A stretch of DNA of 64,000 nt from Mustelus asterias. Taxonomy: Eukaryota. This document shows, piece by piece, positions 12,156 through 23,811 of the stretch (position 1 is its first letter; each line of letters begins with the position of its first letter). The stretch spans positions 94,612,001 to 94,676,000 of the forward strand of contig NC_135813.1 of assembly GCF_964213995.1 (NCBI RefSeq), written 5' to 3'. The notes under the pieces were generated by a model that saw only the letters and a list, made by a program, of their open reading frames with translations, was not told where the DNA came from and searched no databases. A program made the position numbers and the translations under genes.

Positions 12156-13353
12156 AATACTGCAAGACAGAAGGGTGGGGGGGAGGGGACTAGTAAATAA
12201 GGGCTGGTAAATAATCAAAAGGTGGGCCGGAAGAGATGCAAATGGCAATATTAGCGTGTAATTATAGCCTGACAAGGTTAAATACGGATGTAGAAATTTA
12301 TTATTGGAAAACTTATACGTGGCAGAGATGCCAGATATATAAAATTATATATTCTGATCTTATAACTTTACTACTTGTTACAAGGCTTTATCCTATGCAC
12401 AACCAGCTGCAACCCTCACACTAATGGTTCCCAATCTTTTCAGTAACATGGCATACTTCAATGAGACAAATAATTCCATGGCACACCCTCTTAGAGGCTA
12501 ATGAAATCGTGAAATGTTTTTTTCCCCCCCACACAAAGGGGGGGGGGGGGGTGGTAATCTGGAAATCACTTCTCTCAAAAGGCTGGGTGGGGGGGGCGCG
12601 GTTTCAAAACTGCGAATAATACATTTTAGTTAGATAAGAGTATCAAGATCAACTGGAGGTCTTGTGATGCAGTGTTAGTGTCCCTACCTCTGGTCCAGAA
12701 TCTCTGGGTTTAAGTCTCCACTCAGGTGTCTGGAACCTTGTCAAAAGTTAAGCTTTTCCAAGACACCTGATGGTGGAAAGAGCAAGAGTGTTGTCCTGGT
12801 CAGCCGTACTGCAGAAGGTTGGGAACCATTGTACATTAGGAAATAAGTTTCAACTTAACCAAATGAAGCACTTTAATGCATATATCTGAATTTTTCAGCA
12901 TTTCTGCAGCCTCTGTACTGTTTGACGCGAGGTTATTTTGCTTCTCACTTTTCATTTAATATGAAGCCCAGACTGAAGCAGGTATCAAACAGTCATATTT
13001 ATCTTCAGAGGGTTCAATTTCAGACAACCTAGCATTCCCACAGTAGCCGACGTCACATTTGCACGGTTCCCATAGCACACCGGTTGAAAACCACTGCCTT
13101 AAGCTACAGTCACCATCAATTCTGGCGAGCTCACAAGTATTAAAGGTGCATTATGTTTTAGAGGCACCTAAACTATCCTTGCTAACTGAGAACCATCAGC
13201 AGTGAATCTAGTTCACGCGCACACACTTAAAATATTTATTCATGGGATGTGCGCAAAAACTCACAAGGCCAACCCATCTGCGATTGCCCTGGAGAAAACA
13301 GCCAAGTATCAATTTTTACTGTGCCATAATAAACTAAAATCTTTCTGCCTCAC

Positions 13354-13399
13354 CTATCTGCCATCTGTGGAATTATGAAGTGCTGACCATTCTTGTGAT
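13354..13399 (-). CDS. GIT2: GIT2 exon 8 (DHKNGQHFIIPQMAD)
   Basis: AG/GT boundaries, 46 nt. Confidence 0.95.
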
Positions 13400-14369
13400 C
13401 TGGAATGGAACAAGATAATTGAGCTGTGGTATAGTTTAAACAAAAGCACAAGCAGGCACAATAAATTCAAGCATAAATACAGAATCATGAAAAGCAATAA
13501 ACAAATAACCCATTCAGTTGCTGTCAATCCCACCACAGGTTTTACACCTAGTCTGGGTTGGGGGACATGTGCGTTGGGTTTGAAACACATGGGCATCATG
13601 AACTGGAATTTCAAATGAGGAAGGCAAGTTATCCCATACAGCAAAATATAAGCACTTCAAAAGGAACTTAAAATTGAACCTTGAGAAGTACATTATTGGA
13701 CAGTGACTAGTTTTAAGAGAAGGCATGCAATCAGTGTTGCACATTACACTATTTCAAGGATCACATGCTTTGAAGATGAATGTCAACTAATCAAGAGCAA
13801 CAGGCAAGAGTACTGCATGTAATAAATTCTGGCTCTAATTTTGTGGCAGTATAAAAATACAAAATCTATTGGACGTCCTACCAATCTTGCATTGGTTTTT
13901 TACAATTAGGTGCATGTTCATTAAGGTCAGAACCAGAATCTGTAAAAACAAAGTAATGGGCACCTCTAGCTAGCAGACATCATTGAACATCGCATACAAT
14001 GAGCACACAAAGAGGAACTTTAAAGTTACTACACTTGTAAGCACAAGTCAAGCCACTCTCGAAACCACAACTGGAATGGAAATTCCAATCCATTATGCAT
14101 TTTTGTGCCAAGTTGGTTTAATAACAGTTACACACAACTTGCAGAGGACCCCTTAAGTTGTATATTTATTTAGCTTTATCTATGAAAGAGAGGGGCTGTA
14201 TTGCACATATCGAACCAGCAAGGACTTCATATTCATATTTATTCCCTCACGTGTCTTTCACCAGAACAATTAAAACAAAAAAAAAACCATCCTTGATATA
14301 GGAATGAAGATAACTCATTTTGAACCTCAAAGTTGAGGTTCTCCCGCATGCTTCTAGATCAGCGGTAGT

Positions 14370-14762
14370 TGCAAGAAAGGAGGAAGAGAAAACAGGGAAC
14401 TGCAGGTCAGTTAGCCTGACATGAGTCATCAGGAAAGTGTTGGAACTTATTAAGGAAGTCTAATGCACTTAGAAAAAGAATAGTATGATTTGAACAAATC
14501 AATATGACTTTGCAAAAGGGATATCCTGTTTGACAAATTTGTTAGAATATTTTGAGGAAGTAACTGGTAGGCTGGATAAAAGAGAACCTGTGCAGGTGTT
14601 ATATTTGGATTTCCAAAAGAGATTTGATATGGTGCCACAATAAAAGGTTAATACACAAAATAAAGGTGCATGGCATTTGGGATGTTATCTTAGAATGGAC
14701 AGAGGATTGGTTAACAGACAGGAAACTGAAAGTAGGGATAAATGGGGCATTTTAAAGTTGGC
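14370..14762 (+). mobile_element. Old CR1 RT fragment
   Basis: Degenerate NYRPVSL, LDFQKAFD and WIEDWL-like segments. Confidence 0.65.
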
Positions 14763-15359
14763 AGATCTACAGGCACTTCTGTGTCTACATCTATTTTGTG
14801 CTCAACTGAGGATGTTGACCAAGCAGGAATTAAGTACTGTTCCCCATTTCCTCTAGTCAAAGCCGACAAAGGAATGGTATTACAAAGCAGGTCGATCATA
14901 GCTTCAGTATACTAAAGTACAAGACCTGCAACTGCAGTATCCTTTCTCTTCCTGTCTTGAAACATACTATTCTTCAGCTCTTTCTCTTACCCGCCCAACC
15001 TCAGTCTTCCTCCTGCACGGTATTGATTCACTGCCACTGCCCTGCAAAGATCTTTCTATACTGGAGTAATACAATAGAAATGAGACATTGTTTAATATAA
15101 TTGATCCTTTACTGCACTTCTTTCTTCCTTTGGAGAAAATACTTGGCCTCCATTTGGCAGCTGTCCACAGTATGTGATTGAAACAGGAGTTCAGCAAGTG
15201 GAATCAAGGTGGAGACTTGCACCTTACATTCCCTGTGCATCAAGCTACATTCCTGAGGGAAGCCTTAAGCAAAATATTGGTCAGAAACACACATCCCAAT
15301 AAAACATTAGCAAGTAATATTGCCACCTAGATTCTCCAGCGTCCTTATTTCACACCCAC

Positions 15360-15454
15360 CTGGTTTCCTTCCACAGAGAAAGAAGGCTAGTCTATCAGTG
15401 AGTTCATATTGGATCTCTACTAAACGGTCTGCAAGCTCATGATGCCCTGCTTGC
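15360..15454 (-). CDS. GIT2: GIT2 exon 7 (QAGHHELADRLVEIQYELTDRLAFFLCGRKP)
   Basis: AG/GT boundaries, 95 nt. Confidence 0.96.
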
Positions 15455-16821
15455 CTACAAAACAAAGAGAACATTTTTATGTTAAGATGACTAATTCTCC
15501 TTTTCATAGCAGTTTGGAGTTTTTGGATCTCCACACATTACAAGACATGGAATGAAATAAAGTAAAAAGTGGTAGGTGTATTATGCATATTTAGCAACCA
15601 ACTAGTCGGATTATAACAACAAAAAAGTGGCATTTATACACCCTGTTTATAGCTCCCATGCTTGTATATCATGCATTGTGAACAGAACCCACATTATTCA
15701 ATGATTTAATAGAGGTGTCCAAAAGGGAGGGGTCTTTAGAGTAAATAGGGAGAATCTGTTTCCACTACGAGAAAGATCAGTAACCAGAGGATATTGGCTT
15801 AAATTAATTGATAAAATTAACAAAGGGGAAGATGAGACATTTTAAAGCAGCGAGTTATGATCTGGAAAGCACTTGTATATATTTGAAAGGGAAGAAACAG
15901 TATTCCCTTTTGCCAGAGGATCAGTCTCCCCTTTATTTAATGTGGTCAAAGAAACCCTCCCTTGAAATAGTCACAAAATACCAAAGCACTTTACAAATTC
16001 ACCAGACTGGAGAACTTTACTACATTAAGGTTGAAAAACTGGAAAGAATACAACATAATGTAGCATATTTCGATTGCTTTGGTAGATTACTAAAGAACAG
16101 CTGATAGTCTTACAACACTTTAAACTTCTGATGACATGAACCATTTGCTTGTCATGGTATACAGTGAAAAAGAAAACTCATGGTAACAACATCCAGATAC
16201 CCTGAAAGCTCTCTATCTTGCCACCTCTCATCTAAAAACACCTCAAAACCTACTCTTTGATCACCTTACCTGAAGCTTCTACCGCTGCTCAGTGTGTAGT
16301 GTCCATTTAGGCATAACACTTCAGGAAGGATGTGAAGGCATTAGAGATTATGCATAATTTCCACGAAAGATGAAGGGCTTCAGTTACAGAATCACAATTG
16401 TTACAGCGCAGAGAACCACCATTTAGTCCATTGTGTCTCCACTGACTCTCGGAACAAACTTAATGCCTTTTTTGTGGTCACGGTCAAGACGTGAAGGAAA
16501 ATATGCATAAAGTTTTTTTTGTGCTTTTCAAAATGGACAATTGCTGAGTTGACAAGATAGAAGCCAGCATGTGACCAGCTGGAGCTAGCAGTTTCAAAGT
16601 TAACAAAGGTCAACATCTCAAATGCCTGGAATCTAACACTCCTTGCATTGCATAAACATTCCAGCCACGTCAAGACAATGGCCAAGCAGACGGTTGGTCT
16701 GCTCCAGCAACTTTGAACAAAGACAGCCCTTTGCATATCCTAATCTCCAACAATGGTGCTAATGATCTAAGCAGTAAATGCTCTAACACAATGGTTTCTA
16801 CAAGGGGGCTTCATTTAGTCA

Positions 16822-17572
16822 TGATGTGGAGATGCCGGCGTTGGACTGGGGTAAACACAGTAAGAAGTTTAACAACACCAGATTAAAGTCCAACAGGTTT
16901 ATTTGGTAGCAAAAGCCACACAAGCTTTCGGAGCTCTAAGCCCCTTCTTCAGGTGAGTGGGAATTCTGTTCACAAACAGAGCTTATAAAGACACAGACTC
17001 AATTTACATGAATAATGGTTGGAATGCGAATACTTACAACTAATCAAGTCTTTAAGAAACAAAACAATGTGAATGGAGAGAGCACCAAGACAGGCTAAAA
17101 AGATGTGTATTGTCTCCAGACAAGACAGCCAGTGAAACTCTGCAGGTCCACGCAACTGTGGGAGTTACAAATAGTGTGACATGAACCCAATATGATGTAG
17201 CATATTTGTACATAATATTTATGAACGGCCTCAACCGGGATATTGGGTTCATGTCACACTATTTGTAACTCCCACAGTTGCGTGGACCTGCAGCGTTTCA
17301 CTGGCTGTCTTGTCTGGAGACAATACACATCTTTTTAGCCTGTCTTGGTGCTCTCTCCATTCACATTGTTTTGTTTCTTAAAGACTTGATTAGTTGCAAG
17401 TATGCGCATTCCAACCATTATTCATGTAAATTGAGTCTGTGTCTTTATAAACTCTGTTTGTGAACAGAATTCCCACTCACCTGAAGAAGGGGCTTAGAGC
17501 TCCGAAAGCTTGTGTGGCTTTTGCTACCAAATAAACCTGTTGGACTTTAACCTGGTGTTGTTAAACTTCTTA
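16822..17572. mobile_element. Penelope-like element inserted as a 335-bp inverted repeat, with a hammerhead motif in each arm
   Basis: Arms 16859-17193 and 17240-17574; TSD CTTCATTTAGTCA 16809-16821 and 17573-17585; ORF tail GLNRDIGFMSHYL* 17227-17268. Confidence 0.88.
17472..17517 (+). ncRNA. Minimal type I hammerhead ribozyme motif (mirror copy on the minus strand at ~16916-16961)
   Basis: CAC-CTGAAGA-A-GGGGC ttaga GCTCC-GAAA-GCTT-GTG: core boxes, helix II, palindromic helix III (AAGCTT), short helix I. Confidence 0.75.
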
Positions 17573-17696
17573 CTTCATTTAGTCAACCAGAGAGCCGAGA
17601 GCCACAACACACCACAGGTAGAATGGCTTTCTTCTGTGCTATAACAATTGTGCAAATCTATATTTTTCATTTCTATGACCTGCCTGGTGAATTTAC

Positions 17697-17792
17697 GATG
17701 TGGAGATGCCGGCGTTGGACTGGGGTAAGCACAGTAAGAAGTTTCACAACACCAGGTTAAAGTCCATTAACCTGGTGTTGTGAGACTTCTTA
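17697..17792. mobile_element. Miniature fold-back copy of the same Penelope-like family
   Basis: Same terminal sequence (gatgtggagatgccggcgttggactgggg...); ~28-bp inverted arms; TSD CTGGTGMATTTAC 17684-17696 and 17793-17805. Confidence 0.8.
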
Positions 17793-17824
17793 CTGGTGCA
17801 TTTACTACATTATAAATGCATGCC

Positions 17825-19490
17825 ATTGATTACTTTGTCTTCACAGGTTCTTCTTCAGCTCATCAGTGAGTATGATTGTCCACCTAAGAAACTCTGTGTT
17901 ACTGGTCATGGGTTCTGTGGGTCCTTGCCAGATTGATGAGCCCGGTCCTAGAGCCGTATCTTCAACCACACACTTGGTAGTTATTTCTGGGAGGTGGGTT
18001 CAGTCCTTGGACTCCAGATTGCTGGTAATCCTTTCTCAGGCTCTTTTTCCAGGCCTCCTCCTGTTGTTGGGTGTCCGAAGAATTGTGTCCCCTCAATCAG
18101 GAGGTTTCTCCAATAGGTCTCTTAGGTGTCCCAGGCGTTGGCGTCTTTATTGCATTTCTGGAGGTAAGACTTGAGGGTGTCTTTGAAGTGCTTTTTTTGG
18201 CTTCCTCTTGGTAGTGGCACCTTCCTTGAGCTGGGCAAATAAGATTTGCTTTGGCAGCCAGGACTCTGACATCTTAATGAGAACTGCCTTCACTTTGTTT
18301 TGGCCAACCCAGTGGAGCTGGTTTCGGATGATCATGGCCTTGATGCTGGTGCTCTTGGCTCCTTCAAGGACACCGATGTGAGTAAGCCTGTCCTCTCAGC
18401 TAATAGAGAATCTGTCTCAGATAGTGTTGATGGTACCTGTCCAGGGCATTGAGTTGCCATCTGTAAGTAATCCAAGTTTTTGAGCCATATAAAAGAGTTG
18501 GGAGGACGACTGCCTTGTACATGAGGATCTTGGTGTCAGCATGAATGTCGCTGTCAAAGATTCTCATCCTTGGGGCTCACAGATTGGATACAATGTTGGA
18601 TCTCCGTATCGATAACAGGCTTAGATGAGAAGTGGCTCCCCAAGCAGGGGAAATGTTCCACGTTTAGGAGGGCTTTTCCGTTGATCTTAACAAGGGAGAG
18701 CCTGGATCTTGTGCTAAAGGTTGTTAAAGGACTTGAGTCTTCAAGGTTGATGCAGAGACCGATTTGTTGGTATGCTTCGTGAAGGTGTCAAGCATTGCTT
18801 GGAGGCTTTCTTCTGAGAGAGCGGAGATGGCGATGTCATCCGCATACTGAAGCTCCACGAGCGATGTCAGTTTTGTTCTTGGATTTCAACCGGCTGAGGT
18901 TCAAACGTTTTCTGTCCATCCTGTAGACTACGTCCACTCCATTGGGAAGCTTGTTTTTGACAAGAAGAATAGTGGTGATGAAGATGGAGAAACAGGGTGG
19001 TGGTGATGACACATCCTTGCTTAACCTTAAAGGTGGTCTTATCTCCATTGGTGAGACCTGTCGCCAATTTCCTGTTGTGGAGGAGTCAGAGGATGTTGAA
19101 GAATTTCTCTGACCAGCCGGCCTTTGACAGGATTCTCCATTGCACTTCCCGACCAACTGAGTAAAAAGCCTTAGTCAGATTGATGAAGGCCATGTTGGGT
19201 GGTTGATGTTGCTCCTGGCATTTCTCTTGAAGTTGTCCAGCAGTGAAAATCATGTTTGCTGTTCCATGGTTTGGTCGGAAGCCACAATGGCTTTCCAGAA
19301 AGATTACCTCAGAGTGGGAGCAGGCAGCTCGCAAGGAGTTGGGCAATAATCTTCCCGGTGATGGAGAGTAGGGAGATTCCTCTGTAGTTCCCACAATCCT
19401 CCGTCTCCTTTCTGGAAGGTGGTGGTGATGACAGCATCCTTAAGATCAGCACAAATGTCTTCTCTGTCCCAGATTTTTCAGGGGTCAGCA
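17825..19490 (-). mobile_element. Decayed RTE-clade LINE reverse transcriptase fragment
   Basis: Fragmented ORFs NYRGISLLSITGKIIA, CGFRPNHGTANMIF..LQEKCQEQHQP, VKQGCV; many frameshifts. Confidence 0.8.
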
Positions 19491-20998
19491 ACTATACTAA
19501 CATACCTTAGTTACACTTCAATTAAAATGTTACGTTGCTCCTAAAAATTGGACCACAGTTAAAGTTTGGCTATGCAGTAGAACCTTTCTTAATGACTGCT
19601 ACAATGTTCATTCTGGTGTAAACCTGTTCCCCGTTCCATGATAGTGTAGACTCATACGCTGGAATTGCAAAATGAAAATTGAAGCAAACATGGAAAGAAA
19701 AAATATTTTTCAGTGCTTAAAGATGTCACTTCTGCAGATCATGGACAATCTACATTTCACAAATAGTGTCCTAATCCTTGGATGCAAACTTCTGTTTACA
19801 TATTCTCTGGTTTTCAGCTGTTTCAATAATATGTGGAAAAGATCACCACATTTTTCAGTTTTATTTTACACTGGATTTTGTTTTCAGTTTTGTGTCAAGA
19901 AGCACTCCCATGGGTGAGCTTTGCTCGCTACGCACCAGAGGGTAGTTTTGCCTAACTTGACATTTTGAAAAAATGACTAACAGGCCTAGTGATCCAACAG
20001 AGAACTCTCTTCACTTCGTTTTGGTTTACTGGTTTTAATCAAATCCCCTAATAGGATTTCCCTTGGAAGATGGTAGAGTAACATGCTGAAGAACATAAAC
20101 AGAAGTAGGCTATATCTGCTCAAGTCTGCTCTGCCATTCAGTAAGATCACTGCTGAACTTCTACGTCAATTACATTTTCCCAACTTGGATCCATTACACT
20201 TAGCCCCCTCATCTAAGTCATTGATATTGACTGTAAATAAGCACCAATTCAAAGTTACACCCTGATTATCCTGAAAAAGACCCATTTATTTCCACACTGT
20301 TTTGCGTCTGTTAACCAATTCTCAATCCAGGTTAATATATCACCTGTCTCATTAGTTCTAACCTTGTGCGAAATCACATGCAGCACCTTATCTAATGCCT
20401 TCCAAAAATCCAAAGATACTACGTCTACTGATTCCCCTTTAGCTATCCTGCTACTTACTGGCCTCTTGATCTCAGTTTTCTCTTTCCCTCCTTAGCTGAA
20501 CTGTGAGGCTACATTTTCTAATCTTTCATTCTAAGGGAGACTGTAACTTAGACCACTGTCATTCTGCAGAATGGCAGTGATAACATAGCTTTGGTACTTA
20601 TTAAGCTTAAGTATCTTAAGTAGAAAGCAATGATCATGCCTATTTTACTAATCTAGAATTTATTCTTTCATGGGTTTATTAAACTCATTCGAAATATTTG
20701 TATTTGAACTGAATGGATTGGCCCCTCTTTTAGACGTTTGGTTTAGAAACATCTAAAATCTGTGACTTTTGTATTAAAATAATACACTGAATGCTGTTTT
20801 TTAACCTGTTTAATTTCTTAAAGTTCAAGAAGCCAAGACTGTATTACATCAGTGACAAAATGCTTCATTTACGTGCAATCATGTATTGTAAAGTGTGTTG
20901 TTTTGACATTGCAGTAAATAAGCCATTGTTGCATAACATTTATATTTTTCTCAGCAGCAAAAGCATCGTCACTTCTATGGCCTTTTCAGTTATCTAAC

Positions 20999-21129
20999 CT
21001 TGCATTGTCACTTGGAGTCTTGCCATTAGCATCAGGGGCACCGGGATCAGCACCATATACTGCCAACAGCTCAGCCTGTAGAATTTGTCCTCCTTTGCTT
21101 GCTACATGAAGAGGAGTGTTCCCTTTTTC
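20999..21129 (-). CDS. GIT2: GIT2 exon 6, ankyrin repeat (EKGNTPLHVASKGGQILQAELLAVYGADPGAPDANGKTPSDNAR)
   Basis: AG/GT boundaries, 131 nt. Confidence 0.96.
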
Positions 21130-22007
21130 CTACAATATAAAATAAATTAAAATCATGCATTGAAGCTGCTTCAGTTTTACACTTAAGGATCCAGTTATTT
21201 GAAATAAAATATACATCCTCATCGGAAAGGCAAACTTTTACAATACATTTTTATTTTCCTTCGACTATAGGTGACACTAGAAAAGGTACATTTGTGGCAC
21301 ACTCATTATTGATACCAAGAGACATAGGCTTTCTTCTAGTGATTGGCTTTACAATTGGGTGGGTCGTTAGAATATGAAGATGCAACTACACAATGTGGTA
21401 CTTGAATTACATAGTTCAAAGCAGAGGGAGTAGGAAGCTATTTCCCTTCAGACGTAGCGAAGCAGTTAGGTTTTAAATGGCAATCTGGCAATTTGCAGCC
21501 GTTTTCCTGCAAGTTCACAAATCATAATTATTGAATTTCATAATTTTAATAGTAGAATTTAAATTCAGAAACTCTGGGTTATCAGGCCCTCAAAATACAT
21601 GACAGCTGACAAGAACACAATGGGTTATCTTTTTAAAAGAAAAATATTCTCTGCCATTTCACTTCCCAAGCCAACAGGGAGACCAATGGCCTATTCCAAG
21701 GCTTCTAATAAATCTAGCTGCGGAGTGCATGGGAAAGGTCATCGACATTCATTACATCATGACCATTAAAAGCCAAGCACTGGAGAGAAAACACAGTAAT
21801 TTGTGAAAATTTACATTGAAAAAATAGCTTGAGCTTGTAGAAAAAGTATGAATAAAAAGGATTACTTTAAAACACATTGCAGAGTCATTTGCTTAGATTA
21901 CATTTCTCAGCAATTTGTTCACTGTGTGATGCACAATCAATATACAGAGAAGTAGAGGCAAAATAAAGACTGCAGTGGTAACTTTGTACTAAAAACAAAA
22001 GACTTAC

Positions 22008-22094
22008 AGGGTGGAAGAAATTAGCTTGGGCCCCTAATGATAGCAATCGCAAGCAGGTCTCCAAGTTCCCGGTCCGCACACTTGAGTGCAATTG
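22008..22094 (-). CDS. GIT2: GIT2 exon 5, ankyrin repeat (QLHSSVRTGNLETCLRLLSLGAQANFFHP)
   Basis: AG/GT boundaries, 87 nt. Confidence 0.96.
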
Positions 22095-22592
22095 CTGAAA
22101 TAACAAAAGATACCTGAACACAAGGCAACATATCTGCGAGCACATGAACCACTTAATCTATAAAAGAGTCATACGTGAAAAGGAAACTTGAAAAGGAAAA
22201 TGCATGATTTAGCCAACTATTTTTTGGTTACTTCAGTAATTCAATCCTTGGGAGCTAAATGACCAAACCAGTCTGCTTTATAATGAGCTGCCTAGTCAAT
22301 GCAATTAAAAGATACTTTATACTGAATGACCATTTTGCACCAGACCATCTCAAATTCTCAACTGCACACTTTATTCTAGATTTTTTTAAGCCACTCCAGC
22401 TGGCTGCCAAAGTTATGGAACCTCCGCTTTACATGGGAACTTGCCAAGAGATGTGAGCATTTTTTCTGATTCTTTAATACAATCATTCACACAAGTTTGG
22501 ACATATTGACAGCAATGCTGACAAACAGTTGACAGTTTTCAGGAACGCCCCATGAAACTGCTAATACCTTTTTTAAAAAAATCCTTTTGTAC

Positions 22593-23811
22593 TGTAAGAG
22601 AATTGTCAAGAAGCAGAGATCGTTTTGAGCAATCCATTACAAATAACGTTTAGATTTGAGTTTAATTTAGTGTTTGTGTAAGAAAGGTTTAAAACTTGTT
22701 AGATTCATGTTAAATAAAGGTGTTTACATATATGGGCATTTTGGTTCAATTTCAAACTGTTTGAGAAAATTTTTGACATGAAAAGCAAACAGCTTAGAGA
22801 AGGATAGAGCTGTTGCTTAGCAACCAGGGAGCAGCTTGTAGTTAGGAAGATCTTTTGAGTCCAGTTTTAACCGGATCCAAGGCATTAAGAGCTTAGCAGC
22901 AAAACAAGAAACAGCTCTCAGCTCTGCCACAAGCAGAAGCAATACAATGGAGAAATGTGGAGAAAGCAAGTCGCAGAAACTAAAGAACAGATAGTTCTAG
23001 AAACCAGGGAATGAAAACAGAGGTCCCAGGAATGTTGAAATCAGAGGGACAAAAGGAATTGGAATTTGAACAAGGTGTTGTTTATTGGAATTCAAGTAAA
23101 AGGCCGGAAAATGCTAAGTTAAATAGGACCAGATTTAAAGCGGGGAAAGAGACATCAGAGGTAAATCAAAAGTTTGGTGACATCTTACTACAGCCTGTGA
23201 AGCAGTAGTGTTCTGTCAGCATGGCTGAGTACCTGAGAGATTGTGTGGTTGCTTGAATGCATGTCGCAATTGAAGGCAGAAGAACACTGAGAGTTGCTAA
23301 TCCTGGAAGTGGATCTGCGCTGTAAACAGCTGAGGGAAAGCATTGTCGGGAATAAGATTTTAAGGCATGTCTTTTTAAGAGTGGAATTTGGGAACACTTA
23401 CATGGAAGCCAAAGTCCAGCGAGGCCAGTTGACTCTCAGTGTACTATTCATCTAGGGGGGATTTGAAGAGAAGTCCACAGAAGTTCGACTGGGTGGCATC
23501 TGCCACTTGATTTCAGGGTGGGGCGTGTCTGATCACAGTTGGCCTATTGGTTTACAAGGGCTGTATTTACTGAGAACGTTATAGCATAAGATATATTTTG
23601 TAACCTGTGTTGTCATTAAGTGCATACATTTGTGAAGATAAGTGGGAGTGAAGGAGTATTGCATTATAGTTAAATTTTTCATTTTTAATAAACTTTTTTT
23701 CTGTCCCGTGGCTCTGCTCATCCTAAAAAAAAGTATAAGTTATGATCTTTTGAGTGGGGTTCCATTCTGGGACATTGCTGTCTAGTAGGAACATCGACTG
23801 GGATTGTAACA
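22593..23811 (+). mobile_element. Probable solo LTR
   Basis: TGTAA...TAACA termini; AATAAA near 23686; TSD not convincing. Confidence 0.45.

Noticed and set aside
12420-13098. Possible hAT-type MITE termini (aatggttcccaa / ttgggaaccatt / ggttgaaaaccactg)
   Set aside because: Termini cannot be paired unambiguously and no TSD was found.
16970-17463. Two nearly identical 61-aa ORFs on opposite strands
   Set aside because: A by-product of the inverted repeat; non-ATG starts in the non-coding part of the element.
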